Positions 38,248 to 48,739 of a stretch of DNA of 64,000 nt are shown here, piece by piece (position 1 is the stretch's first letter; every line of letters starts with the position of its first letter). Origin of the DNA: Octopus bimaculoides (lineage: Eukaryota); the NCBI RefSeq assembly GCF_001194135.2, contig NC_068987.1:61581419-61645418 (forward strand), given 5' to 3'. A program made the position numbers and the translations under genes. Under the pieces are notes generated by a model. The model did not search any database. It was not told where the DNA came from and saw nothing but the letters and a program-made list of their open reading frames with translations.

Positions 38248-40158
38248 CACACACATACAGGGTGGGCAAGCGAAACTTGGAAAATAATAGCTAATTCACC
38301 AAATTGTTTATGTTACAAGCAGCAACCTGACATAAAATATAATTTTAACACAGGTTTATAGGGGTATAAAGAGACAATTTATTCAATATGTCTACCTTCA
38401 TTGTCCACTGCAGCCTTCACATGCCACCTGAAGGCATCACAACTCTTCATGATGAAGTACTCAGACATGTCCCACTCTTCCCTCAAGATTTGCTTAAAAT
38501 GATCAAGACTTGTATGTGAAATTCTGTTGGTAGAGTGCTCCAATTTGTCCCATATGGCATAGTCTAGGGAGTTCAAGTCTGGGCTGAAAGAAAGCTAGAA
38601 GTTGGCGAAGTTGTCTTCACAGAATTTCTGCACTTTTTTTCACTGTCTGAGCAGGATAACCATCTTGGGTCTACACATAATTACTGTTGGGGTAGCTAGA
38701 CTTAAGCCAAAGCATAACCTTATACCGCAGGACTTCAGCTCCCACCTTTTCCCCAGACTTGAAAAAATGGATAGGTATCTTTTTTCCGTCAGACGCTACG
38801 ACTCCCAGTATCATAACATGAGCTGGGGGCTTAGTCCTTAAAGACGCCTTTTACTTCAGAAGGTGACTTAGCAATGTATCGATAATTGCAATGTTTTAAA
38901 ACAGCATCAATGGTAAAGATATTTTCACCTGAAAAGATTTTGATGGTTTGTCCATTGTGCTTCAGATATCACAACACTTTTTTGGCCCTTTCATGCCTTT
39001 TGGCTTTCATTGCATGAGTCGATAGGTGTCTTGGGGTCCTCACGTATGGCTCCAAATGTAAACCAGTGTGTACAGCATTTCTGGTCTTTGGATCAACCTT
39101 CATGTCCACCCTGTATGTACACACACACACACACGTTTTTAAGCTAGGTAATATTTCCCCATGGTGACATTTTCTCACGGAATATTGGAAATGAATGACA
39201 CTGCTTGTATGACAGGCTTCTTTCAGCTTCCATCTACCAAATTAACTCAGGTTTTAGTCGGCCCTGGGCTATAGGAGAAGACACTTTTACACTAGATGCC
39301 ATGCTGTGGGAGTAAACCTGGAACCATGTAGCTGGGAAGGAAACTTTTTATCACACAGCCTTCCTGTGCCTAGTCTGTATATAGGTACAAGCATGACTGT
39401 GTGGTTAAGAAGTTTGCTTTCCAACCGTGTAGTTTCAGGTTCATTTCAGCTGTGTGGCTTTATTGGCTGGTGTCTTCTACTGCAGCTGTTGAGTGTATAT
39501 AGTCTCCATGTCTTGACCTCACATGATTATTTTAAATAAATATGATTCAGTTCTGGTATTCTATGAAGACATTTTTGGTTTTGGAGAGATATTTCTTTAC
39601 TTGGAAACCGGTAAGTGTTGGCAACAGGAAGAGCATCCAGCTATAGAAAATCTGCCTCAATAAACTTTCTCTGATCCATGCAAGCATGGAAATGTGGATG
39701 TTAAAATGATGATGATGATGTGTGTATGTAAGTGTTTTTTCCTCTGATGATGTAAGCAGTATCATTCTTTGCAATCCTCTGTAGAAACATCTCTGGCTTT
39801 GGAGTTATTCGTTGTTGAACGACTTGGAGAAATATTTGTTTACTTGAAAATATTGCTGAAATCGCACTCTACTATTTAAATGATCTGACATATTTAAACT
39901 TGTTTTTGCCTTTTATTTTCTTTCCTCAGGGACATAATCCATAATGGTCATATATCTTCCAAAGGAAATGAAGCAGATCCTCATCAAAATCCAGTTAAAT
40001 CCACAATTGGGATACCTCCAAACAAGAACCATTCAGTGCCTTCCCTTCCAATTCCCATCCTGACATCATCCAGGTTACCTGCACAACTTAACACAAATCG
40101 TCCTATCCAGCCACCATTGGCCTCTTCTTATTTCCCTCTTAAAACGAAACCGTCTTGA
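9245..40158 (+). CDS. SASS6: Spindle assembly abnormal protein 6 homolog (centriole cartwheel protein); multi-exon CDS, first coding exon uncertain
   Basis: Spliced translation contains [44 protein letters not shown] (PISA region), [21 protein letters not shown] (head-to-head NPF motif), a long coiled coil, [14 protein letters not shown] and terminal ASSYFP, all matching human SAS-6 as recalled. 14 GT-AG exons with compatible phases, 1888 nt in total. Confidence 0.97.
10155..10347. repeat. Foldback hairpin: 56-bp arms, 1 mismatch, 81-bp spacer
   Basis: 10155-10210 is the reverse complement of 10292-10347 at 55/56 positions. Confidence 0.95.
11066..11145 (+). CDS. SASS6: SAS-6 exon ([26 protein letters not shown])
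   Basis: tttcag|GAA ... TG|gtgaat; 80 nt; conserved LTD..D.FFLY motif. Confidence 0.96.
14069..14358. repeat. Foldback hairpin: about 135-bp imperfect arms, 18-nt loop
   Basis: 14069-14203 pairs with 14222-14358, e.g. GTCCATTGTCCAGAAATCTTT with AAAGATTTCTGGACAATGGAC. Confidence 0.93.
15446..15772 (+). mobile_element. RTE-clade LINE: 5'-truncated ORF end plus start of 3' UTR
   Basis: [34 protein letters not shown]...GRGRPRKTW...DRDLWK...TRQAK* with intact stop at 15710-15712; RLRW.GH..RM and RGRP..TW are RTE C-terminal motifs. Runs into an N gap. Confidence 0.9.
18002..18106 (+). CDS. SASS6: SAS-6 exon ([35 protein letters not shown])
   Basis: gccag|T ... AA|gtaagt; 105 nt; [10 protein letters not shown] motif. 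Confidence 0.96.
20514..20688 (+). CDS. SASS6: SAS-6 exon (FILQLL...[36 protein letters not shown])
   Basis: cttag|A ... AAG|gtactg; 175 nt; [13 protein letters not shown] is the SAS-6 signature. Confidence 0.97.
20866..21078. mobile_element. piggyBac-like MITE, same family as 4415-4622
   Basis: TTAA|TCCTTTAGC ... CTAAAGGG|TTAA; internal sequence aligns with the 4.4-kb copy. Confidence 0.72.
22246..22323 (+). CDS. SASS6: SAS-6 exon ([26 protein letters not shown])
   Basis: ttcag|GAA ... GAA|gttagt; 78 nt, phase 0-0; start of coiled coil. Confidence 0.88.
22827..22946 (+). CDS. SASS6: SAS-6 exon ([16 protein letters not shown]...EKEQCFE)
   Basis: ttgcag|AAA ... GAG|gtaaga; 120 nt; L..L..EW...H..EL..EKE pattern. 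Confidence 0.93.
23140..23590 (-). mobile_element. RTE LINE fragment, degenerate
   Basis: [18 protein letters not shown]...LERNEV.M..W.GNVSVH followed by a decayed RLRWYGH region. Confidence 0.85.
23636..23848. mobile_element. piggyBac-like MITE, second subfamily
   Basis: TTAA|CCCTTT ... AAAGGG|TTAA with a different interior; related sequence near 4320-4410 and 10350-10500. Confidence 0.65.
24724..24840 (+). CDS. SASS6: SAS-6 exon ([20 protein letters not shown]...ESSNK)
   Basis: ttccag|ATA ... AAA|gtatgt; 117 nt; coiled coil. Confidence 0.9.
25639..25908 (+). CDS. SASS6: SAS-6 exon ([11 protein letters not shown]...[12 protein letters not shown]...QDQK)
   Basis: ttttaaag|GAA ... AAG|gtagga; 270 nt; RKYK and EQELKDK motifs. 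Confidence 0.95.
26069..26440 (+). mobile_element. tRNA-derived SINE family E
   Basis: Head GGCACATGGCTCAGTGGTTAGAGCA...GAGTTTGATTCC, then TTGTGTTCTTGAGCAAGACACTT; second copy on - strand at about 50860-51060. Confidence 0.7.
26865..27008 (+). CDS. SASS6: SAS-6 exon (KRYEEEF...[19 protein letters not shown])
   Basis: tttcag|AAA ... AAA|gtaagt; 144 nt; K.NEII.KLQ motif. Confidence 0.95.
27690..28560 (-). mobile_element. Degenerate non-LTR retrotransposon of a second RTE-like family
   Basis: GC-richer block; - strand [38 protein letters not shown]...[11 protein letters not shown] resembles the W.R..GRP..RW.D.I..DL LINE C-terminus. Confidence 0.55.
28764..28889 (+). CDS. SASS6: SAS-6 exon ([19 protein letters not shown]...KEDE)
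   Basis: ttttccag|GTG ... GAG|gtttgc; 126 nt; aligns to the recalled KLKNTV..QQEKLLAEKE region. Confidence 0.9.
29080..29300 (+). mobile_element. APE endonuclease fragment of a LINE
   Basis: [15 protein letters not shown]...[10 protein letters not shown] resembles the I.I.GDFN.H endonuclease motif. Confidence 0.45.
29540..29690. repeat. Foldback hairpin: 67/69-bp arms, 15-nt loop
   Basis: 29540-29606 pairs with 29622-29690 with one mismatch and one 2-nt gap; related to the 10155 hairpin. Confidence 0.95.
29873..29954 (+). CDS. SASS6: SAS-6 exon ([27 protein letters not shown])
   Basis: attcag|AAT ... G|gtatgt; 82 nt, phase 0 to 1; KKLEE...LK.NE motif. Confidence 0.94.
30647..31285. repeat. 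Degenerate 21-bp minisatellite, about 30 units
   Basis: Units such as TGTTGTATGTGCATCATCTGG and CATTGTATGTGCATCATCTAT recur at 21-nt spacing, with occasional 19/23-nt units. Confidence 0.9.
31352..31491 (+). CDS. SASS6: SAS-6 exon ([14 protein letters not shown]...VAMAA)
   Basis: ttctag|TG ... GCA|gtaagt; 140 nt; I.WLNK..NE ends the coiled coil. Confidence 0.94.
35150..35460. repeat. Compound (AAT)n/(AAC) microsatellite with higher-order AACAATAAAT units
   Basis: Direct reading; followed by a GGT/GAT-rich tract and an N gap. Confidence 0.95.
36100..36610 (+). mobile_element. RTE 3'-UTR repeat family A ending in (GAT)n, long representative (about 20 copies)
   Basis: Modules GTGCCGGTGGCACGTAAA..CACC, then GTGGTTGGCGTTAGGAAGGGCATCCAGCTGTAGAAAC...CATGCTAGCATGGAAAGCAGACGTTAAAC(GAT)n. 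Other copies 2263-2536, 5575-5750, 8625-8800(-), 9690-9960(-), 14790-15050, 19708-19838, 21840-22020(-), 25350-25600, 30320-30590, 33610-33880, 46750-46950, 59330-59670. Confidence 0.85.
37951..38111 (+). CDS. SASS6: SAS-6 exon ([11 protein letters not shown]...SSREPE)
   Basis: ttttctttag|GTT ... AA|gtatgt; 161 nt, phase 0 to 2; VQYN corresponds to recalled VQFN of the tail. Confidence 0.85.
38258..39113 (-). mobile_element. Tc1/mariner element (maT/DD37D-like), internally deleted fossil
   Basis: TA|CAGGGTGG ... CCACCCTG|TA. - strand carries [52 protein letters not shown]...[18 protein letters not shown], with stops and frameshifts. Confidence 0.92.
39930..40158 (+). CDS. SASS6: SAS-6 terminal coding exon (DIIHNG...[15 protein letters not shown])
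   Basis: tttcctcag|G, phase 2; 75 codons plus TGA at 40156-40158; SSYFP terminal motif. Confidence 0.9.
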
Positions 40159-40900
40159 CAGTTAAAACTATTTTATAACTTTATCAATAAGCTGGTACTA
40201 AAAAAATCACAATTTTCTGTGGTGTATGTGTTTTTGTGTGTGAGCACATGTGTAAGTGTGTGTGAGTGAATGTGTGTGTGTGTGTTAGTATCAGAATGGT
40301 GCCAAATATTGCAGCTGAGATTTGTTTCTTGTATCTGTTATTGAGATTTCGTTTTTTTTTTGCTGCCTCTTTTGTTATTTGTTTTTTTTTTAAATCTCAT
40401 CTTAACTAGAATGGGAAGACAAGTATTCAAAAAAGGTGAAAAAGAAATAAAAAAGAAGGAAAATGTTATATTTTATCAAATAAGTTATCATTTATTGAAA
40501 AAAAAAAGAAAGAAGGTATATTTGCTTTTGTTGATGGAAATCTTGTTAAAAGACACGAACAGAATTGGTTGTGTAAATGTAGTCACTACAGCAGCCTCTG
40601 CTACCATATGTACAGTTTGTTTGCTTCCATCTAATGTCAGCATGTTGTGCTCTCTGCTGACATTGTAACTTATGGTTCATTTTTATGCTTTTTTTTTTGC
40701 CTTCCCTTAAATTGACAATTATTGGAGATGTTTTTTCGTCTTAGAGATTGTTTGAAAATGTAAGAAAAATAGAAGTAAAAAAAAAACATGTAATCCTTTT
40801 TTTATTGTATATAAACATTTTTTCTTTGTTACTTTAAACTTTGTAAATATAATTTATTTTTTTATGTTAAATATAGAAATTTTAAAGACAAGAATGTAAA

Positions 40901-41241
40901 AATAAATGAATTGTTTATATATACACACACTGTGTACCTAATTTTTTAATTATCACAATTTCCTGTTGCTTATTTTATCTTCTCATATTCTGTAACTCTA
41001 TCTTCTAATGCAACACGTGGCCTTTTATACATTGTATTTTTATTATTCAATGCCTTACCCATCAATTTATTACTGCAGTTAGTTTCGTCATGAATTTGTT
41101 AGCCTGAAATTAAATATTTAATTTTTTTAAAAATCCTTTTTCTAGAAAAAACATTTTTTTTTTCTATTGACATTCTTAATGACTTACAACAACTATTTTT
41201 GTATATTTCTTGTCATTATTTTCTTCTGTTGAATCAATAAA
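40901..41241 (+). terminator. Candidate poly(A) signals of SAS-6 (AATAAA at 40901 and 41236)
   Basis: Canonical hexamers followed by T-rich sequence, 0.75 and 1.1 kb after the stop. AT-rich background weakens this. Confidence 0.35.
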
Positions 41242-42689
41242 ACGTTAACATCTCCCTCTGTTATCAGTATTTGTTTTTACTCTGTATCCAGTTTATTTTT
41301 GAATGAACATATTTTTTAATAGCTGTTGATACTGTTTAGCCTCATGTTAGCCTTGGTTGAGCAGTCATATGATCAAAAATATTTTAGCTATGTCTAACTT
41401 GTCTTTTCAGATAAAATTTATCCTGGAGTATTTTATCCAATATGTGGTTTGCCTTCATTTTTTTTTTTTAGAAGTAGAGTGTGATTTTGAAGGATAACAC
41501 TATGTAACAGAGTTTTAATTTTTTCGTCTTTTGTCAGTAAGAGTTATTTCCTATTCTCTTCTATCTAGAAATCAAAGGAAATGGCTACTATTCCCTTCAA
41601 ATTTTGCTTTAGTAACCTAACATCAATGATTTGAAACTGACCTATTTTCCATTACATTTCAGACAGACTGTGTTGCTGAAGCAGAAATATCGTTATAGCA
41701 AATATTCTGCTCCATAACACAGATTTGCTTGTCAGTTGCTTGACCTTAGCCACTTGAGCATGTCCGTTAGGGGCTGACAATATGTGCATCTCTGATCATG
41801 AGCAGGAATAGAGCTGTTGGAGGGTGGGGTGCATCATAGCCATGTGTTGAGTTGGATTCCTTGGGGTTTGAATAAGTGTAACAAAAGTAAAGTTTGAAGG
41901 AAATATTAACCATTTTTCATACTTTTTTATGGGTAAGCAAATAGGAAATAACAGTTGCTACCCAAAGGCAAAAATCATATTACACAGTGTAACAGGTAGC
42001 TATTTGTAGCAGGTTGAGTAACCACGTTGAGGTTTCATCATTGGCTCATATTTTAAGTAACTTGGAAGTATAAGAGCCAAAATATATCATCATTATCATC
42101 ACCATCATTGCAATTTTAATGCCTACTTTTTCATGCTTGTTTGGGTCAGACAGAATTCATTAAGTCAGATTTTCTACAGCCCTTCTTTTCTCCAAATGTC
42201 TCCTGTTTACAAGCAAGGTAACATTTCCCCATGGCTGAACATAATTTTTGTGATAGGTGGCAAACTCAAACCCTTTAGCATTCAGATTGCTTTGTCAAGC
42301 ATAATACGTTCCTATGTACACATGCACTGGGTTGTCAGATAAATTTGTTTATTTCTTTCTAAATCTATTTGAATAACATAAAAAAATATTTTCATTGCAG
42401 TGTTTTAAGGTGTGAATTGGTTTAATAGGTTATTTGATTATTTGGTTATGGTTCTCATATATCCACATCTATTTTAGATTTTTGACAAGACCTTTTATTT
42501 GCACATAGACTTTACAATATATACAACTGTTACTTTGTCAGAAGCTGTACCACTTTACTGATAGAGAGTTACGAATATATGTTGTGGGTTTTGGGCTAAG
42601 GGTTGGCTGGCTACATATTTGTTTGCAGCGAGAGGCAAGGCTCATTTGTACATATTTGGAGAAGTGTCTTGTGAACAAAGTGATTCTTT

Positions 42690-42798
42690 TCAACCTGAGG
42701 TTGAGCAGCAACCAGAAATCATGTCTTCATTTATACCCTCAGGAATCTCTTCTCCCAGCCTCTGCACTCTTTCTATGAATTTGAACCAACAAAGGAGC
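42690..42798 (-). CDS. Putative last coding exon F of unidentified - strand gene (LLCWFKFIERVQRLGEEIPEGINEDMISGCCSTSG*)
   Basis: ttctag|G, phase 2 matches exon E; TGA at 42692-42690; AATAAA on - strand at 42499-42494. Alternative acceptor 6 nt upstream. Confidence 0.5.
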
Positions 42799-43508
42799 CT
42801 AGAACTAGTTAGAAATATCAGCTATTTCTCCCTCCATTCACACTGTATTGGACATGGTTGGGATACCTTTGGCTATAAGTCTGCTTGAGCAAGACTGACC
42901 TTGGGCTAAACAAGATCAACAATATCCAGGAATTAAACCTAATTTACCAGGGCTCAAATTTTCAGGAGCTTATCCTTTTATGGTATCCTGATAGATAGGT
43001 TGGTTTGCAGCATTCTTTCCCTATAACTTTCTCTCTCCCTTTTCCATCCCTCTCAGTATGTATTAGAGACAGAATAACAAAATGAAATTGCTCAGAACCT
43101 TTGCTTCTCTTTTATGTAATTTTATACCTATAATGCATCCATACTTATAAAACTGGTAGCAGCTAGCTCTGTCTGTCTTACTTTTGTAATGTGTGAAATA
43201 AAACTATCATTTAATCACAATTATGATAATGATGAGGGTGGTGATGGAGATGGTTATGATGGTAGTGGTGATAGTGCAGATAATGATAATAATGACAGTA
43301 AGAATCATAATGGTGGTGGTGGTGGCAGCAGTGATGGGGGAATATAATGCAGTGAGGATGTTAATGATGTTGTTTAGCTGCAGGCCAAACCTGATTGAAC
43401 AGACCTATCATTAAACGCTTTGAATCATCTTACACAAGTTGATTATATTTATGTTTAAAGATAAAAAAGAAAAAAGGAAATAAAAAAAAAATCAACCAGT
43501 ATTGTTAC

Positions 43509-43582
43509 CGATATTTCTCAGTTAATTCTTCATAATAATTTGTTCTTTTTAGGGCAGTCAGGGAGCAGAAACAGGAGAATAG
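43509..43582 (-). CDS. Exon E of unidentified - strand gene (LFSCFCSLTALKRTNYYEELTEKY)
   Basis: Poly-T tract then ag|CTA ... CG|gtaaca; 74 nt; only frame 0 is open, matching the phase-0 end of exon D. Confidence 0.58.
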
Positions 43583-44369
43583 CTAAAAAAAAAAAAAAAC
43601 TGGGGAATTTTTTAGTCATTTTTCTTCTGTACATATTTCACTGGGCTCCATTTTGTTTTCCATCCGTGCATCCACAATTAATAAAATAAAGTAACAGTTA
43701 AAACTAGGGTGGTGTATCTAATCAATCGAACCCCTTCCTTCCTGCTAATTTATGCCTTTGTACGTATCTCAGAAATCAGTGTTAATTACTTGTTTACCGT
43801 TAATTACTCTCTTACATTCATTAAGAAGAAATACTTTTAGTATACATAAAATAATTATCATTATGGATCCTATTTCTGTTCATAGCATCAAAACAGAATC
43901 TTGCTTTTCTTTATTTGCCTTTTCTTCAGAAGAAAGAAGCTTATTGTTGTGTTGCATTTTTGCTGATGAAAAATATTACGAAAAACTTCTGCGATATGTC
44001 AAACAAAGCTGATTTATCCTTGACAATTTGTTGTCTGGAAGCTCTCTATTCTGTTTCTCTTAGTTATTATTTAACAGTACAGGGAAACTCTCTAAAAGTA
44101 TTTAAGTTAACTATGGTTGAATAAAGATACAGGTTAACTCAATTATGACATTATTGATTAAATGGAGGTGGTGGTGGTGGTGTGGTGGGGTAGAAAGGAC
44201 TTCTCCCTTCCCGTCTCTTATTTTTACCAATAGAAGTAAAAAGCTTCTCTCCATAAAGAAAGTGGATTCCAATTTAGCATTTGGAGTATTGCAGTATAAT
44301 ATAATATAATATGATACACATATATGTACACATATATATAGTGGTTGTCTACTCCCTATGCAGAGTTTG

Positions 44370-44490
44370 ACCACCTCCTGTACCTACACCTTAGAACCAT
44401 CATGGCATCTGATGTGGCATTTTAAACCAGACAATGTTCTGAAAAGACACCCACATAGGTTCCACATCTGATTTGGACCACCAGATAAGT
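44370..44490 (-). mobile_element. LINE C-terminal C2H2-finger fragment (RTE/BovB-like)
   Basis: - strand LCGCLFRTLSGLKCHIRCHDGSKV* resembles the CG..F....GL..H.R.H finger at RTE ORF ends. Confidence 0.5.
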
Positions 44491-44503
44491 ATGTATGTAT
44501 ATA

Positions 44504-45865
44504 CTAGCTGGTGTACCCGGTAATTCCCGGGGGGGTAAAGATGTTCTATTGAAACGCCTTACTATTCTGATATAAGAAAGCAATTTCGTTATAACGCCAC
44601 AAAAGGTGTATTTTCCATCATGGAAAAGTACAAAAAACTGTCAGCTGGAGGATGGAGAGATTGTTGCTGGTCGGCGACAATAATTGTCAGAGGTTGGTGA
44701 GAGAGGTTATATAAATATATGAATGAAATGTTTGAAGAAAGTGCAATAATAATGTTCACACTCACTGATGGTCGCTCTCAGTAACTGGCTTTAGCTTACA
44801 AAAGTTCTTGTTTTTATAACTATCGAAAAGCAACCAGAAGGATAAACATATTGTTGAGAACAAATGATTTTGTTGGAGGTCTGTTATCTCCATTCCAGCC
44901 AGTTGTGGCCTAAAAGAGGTTAGAAAGGTCAAGCGGCAAAAACATTATTCTGCTTAGCGAAGGCATCTGGGAAATGCATAACTGCTGTCATTCACAGAAA
45001 AAAACTATTGTTTTACCATGAGAAAAGTGCTGTTGAAGTGTTAAGCGAAATTTGGCAATCAAGGATTGAATCCACACTATGCCTGCATGAAGCCACTACA
45101 AATACGTTGTGGAATAAAAAATTTATCTACTGTCATGGAAAAAGTGTAACTGTAAAAATGCAGATTATTGGAATAATCGACATTCAAAAAAGTACGTATG
45201 TATAGAAATGTATGAATGAAGTCTCTAACATTTAATATTCAAATTATGGAAGTGCAATAACAATGTTTAGCAGTTCAAAACTGTGAGTAGTGAAATGCAG
45301 AATTAGGTCAGCTGATCATGAGAATCAAATATTGATCACTTTGCCAAAAACTGCAGGTGGTATAGGTTATTCCCCTTGGGTTGTTTAAATAAAATATTAG
45401 TAATATGTAGTAGATAGAAGGATCCATTGGAGGAGACCTATCATCGATTTTTTTTCAACAATCTAAGTATGTCACGAGGTTTCCAGACATGAGTTCTACT
45501 CCTGTGTCAAGTAAAGTGATATTGTCAGCAAAAATTAGAAATTGCACAAAAAATCAATATTCAAAGTAATTAAACATAAATAATGAAATGGATTATCTCC
45601 CTTGAGTGTTTAAGAAAATATTTTGCAGATGCTATGGGTTATTTCCCTTGAGTGTTTAAGAAAATTAGTTATATGTGGTAGATATAAAGGTCCCTTCCAG
45701 GGTCCGTATTATCAATTTTTTCAACAATCTAAGTATGTCATAAGGTTTCCAGATATGAGTTCTACTCACGTGTCAAGTTTCATCAAAATCAATTGACTGA
45801 TGTAGGAGGAGTTAGCTAACAACGCCACAAACAAACACACACCAATTTTCCACATATGTAGCAGA
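44504..45865 (-). mobile_element. Non-autonomous Helitron-like element, unit 1
   Basis: - strand starts TC (45865), ends CTAG|T (44507-44504); CCCGG-6nt-CCGGG hairpin (44516-44531) 8 nt before CTAG; no TSD; about 150-bp internal duplication. Confidence 0.82.
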
Positions 45866-46705
45866 CTAGCTGACGTATCCGGTAATTCCTGAGAAAGTGG
45901 GGCTTATCCCTTGGTTCCGTTCTCATAATTGATTCGCTAATCCAGTAACAACAATACAAAGTATGTAGCCCTTAAAATGGTTTTTGTGCATTTATTGAGA
46001 ATACTGAACTGTCTTACACAGGATCTTGCTTTTAGGAATTCTCAATAAGGCATGAATACCCAAATTGTGAAGTCAGTTATGTAATAACATGAAATTAATA
46101 ACCCGATAGGAAGAATTCAAATAAAGTAGCCAGAGTATATAGGACATACATTCCTAGAGTATATAGAACTTAGGAGGAAATACTAATAAGGTATGTATAC
46201 TAAAATCGTGAAGTATGTTACATAATAACAAGCTAATCAGATAAGAGATAATAACAATTCAGCTAGTGCTGGTGTATTCATGAATAAGTCACTAATCAAA
46301 AGAAGTGGATCTATTGTTTAGGAAAATACTATTTACTTGTTTAAGTGTTGTACTGGATAATGTGCGAAAATAACTCAAATAGTTCAAATACCAAGAAATA
46401 AACATACTCAATTTGATTTATATGAATAATTTACAAACATGGGTTATTTCCCTTGGCTATATATAAGGATCCCTTTCAGGAGCGAATGGGTTATTTCCCT
46501 TGGATGTTTAGAATAATATATTAGTTACATGTAGTAGATATAAGAATCCCTTCCAAGGACCCTATTATCAATTTTTTCAATAATCTGTCACTAGTTTTCC
46601 AGACATGTGTCAGGTTTCATCAAAATCGATAAAACGATGTTGGAGGAGTTAGATAACAACGCCACAAAACAACACACACCAACAGATTTCCACATATGTA
46701 GTAGA
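45866..46705 (-). mobile_element. Non-autonomous Helitron-like element, unit 2
   Basis: - strand A|TCTACTACATATG start at 46705, CTAG end at 45869-45866, decayed hairpin; termini match unit 1, interior differs. Confidence 0.8.
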
Positions 46706-47164
46706 TGTCTATCTATCTATCTATCTATCTCTCTTTATATATATATTGACTGGCCTTTGTGCCGGTGGCACGTGAAAGCACCCACTACACTCTCGGAGTG
46801 GTTGGCATTAGGAAGGGCATCCAGCTGTAGAAACTCTGCTAAATCAGATTGGAGCCTGGTGTAGCCATCTGGTTCACCAGTCCTCAGTCAAATCGTCCAA
46901 CCCATGCTAGCATGGAAAGCGGACGTTAAATGATGATGATGATGATGATGATATATATATATATATACGATTAGTGAAAGTATGGGGCATTTTACCTAGC
47001 CATACTTGTTCATGAATAGCTAGCTCTACTGTATTGCACTTTTGAACGATAGAAGAGTTAGCTACAGATCAGTCATTCACCGGTTCACTGCATTTTTGAC
47101 TATAAGAGTGACAAAGAAGTGTCACTTTGTTTTTCTGTTTATAACAAACGTTTTCACTCTTTGA

Positions 47165-47850
47165 GTGACAAAAAACATACATACATACATGCATACATAT
47201 ATACATACATACATGCATGCCTGCATACATACATATGTACATACACACATATATACGTACATACACACATACATACTTTATTATTGTTAACTTACACTTT
47301 ATTTTTTATATTTATACTCTTGTATTTTTATATATTTATATTTATATTATTTTAGGTCGATTTCCTTAAATTTTTAGTCACCTTTATTATGCATTAATTT
47401 ATTCCATATATATTTTTCTTCTTTGGACTTCACTCATATTTTCCTTTTAGGTTTTATCATCTTTTATTTGTGTAGATCTGTATATTTTATACTGTTGGAT
47501 TGACTACTGGGTGCCCTATTGTTTTGATATATATTTATATTTGATTTCTGATAATTCAGGAATGATATAAAGTTGTTTTGACTGATTGGAGTGTTTATTC
47601 ATTATACCTTTCAATTTATTACATACATACATACATACATATATACATAAATACATATATACATACATACATACATTCTTTTAGTAGTTTCAATCAATGG
47701 ACTGCAGCCATGCTGGAGCAATACCTTATTTTTATATTTATTTATGTTCAATCATTCATACATACATACATACATACATACATACATGCATACATACATA
47801 CATGCACGCACGCACACATGCATGCATGCATGCATGCATGCATACATACA

Positions 47851-47884
<34 letters not shown>

Positions 47885-47905
47885 CGTACGTACATACATA
47901 TATAA
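47165..47905. repeat. (CATA)n/(CATG)n microsatellite cluster; similar tracts at 55970-56115 and 60285-60380
   Basis: Direct reading; source of the HTYI-type ORFs. Confidence 0.9.
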
Positions 47906-48365
47906 CTTAACCACATGTTTACAAACACCAGGAACTCTCTTTACACAAAAAGTCTTGTTTTGTTCATGACCGGCTTGAACTCTCTCAAGAACAACTTAAA
48001 TAAAATTCTATGGAAAGTTATGTGTGGTAAGTAGCTTGCTTACCAACCACATGGTTCTGGGTTCAGTACTACTGTGCAAGTGTCTTCTACTATAGTCTCG
48101 GGCTGACTAAAGCCTTGTGAGTGGATTTGGTAGATAGAAACTGAAAGAAGCCCATTGTATGTAAATGTATATGTTTGTATGTCTATGTTTGTGTGTCTGA
48201 AAAGAAACAGCAATTTTAGCAAAACATATTAAGCAACACTAATAATAAAACAATAAGGATAGAAATAAACAAGCTATCGATGGTTTTATAGATATTTCAA
48301 AATTATGATGCTATGATAGAAGGTGTTTCCATTATTTTGTCCAACCGCTATATATATATATGTGT

Positions 48366-48411
<46 letters not shown>

Positions 48412-48739
48412 GTGTGTCTGTGTTTGTTTCCCCACCATCACTTGACAACTGATGTTGGTGTGTTTACGTTCCCGTATCTTAGCAGTTCGGCAAAAGAAAC
48501 TGATAGAATAAGTACTAGGCTTACAAAGAATAAGTCCTGGGGTTGATTTGTTCGACTAAAGGTGTTGCTCCAGCATGGCCACAGTCAATTGAGTGAAACA
48601 AATAAAAAAATAAAAGAATACATACATATATACATGCATACACACACATACATATACACGTACACATGTGCACATGCGCACACACATGCACACACACACA
48701 CACACACACGCACACACATTTAAAAAAACTATGAAGGGT

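Noticed and set aside
40840-40960. Cytoplasmic polyadenylation elements (TTTTAT/TTTTAAT) near AATAAA
   Set aside because: Expected by chance in such T-rich sequence.
42619-42888. 89-aa + strand ORF (MFAARGKAHL...)
   Set aside because: Overlaps the putative last exon of the - strand gene; no splice or homology support; probably an antisense shadow.
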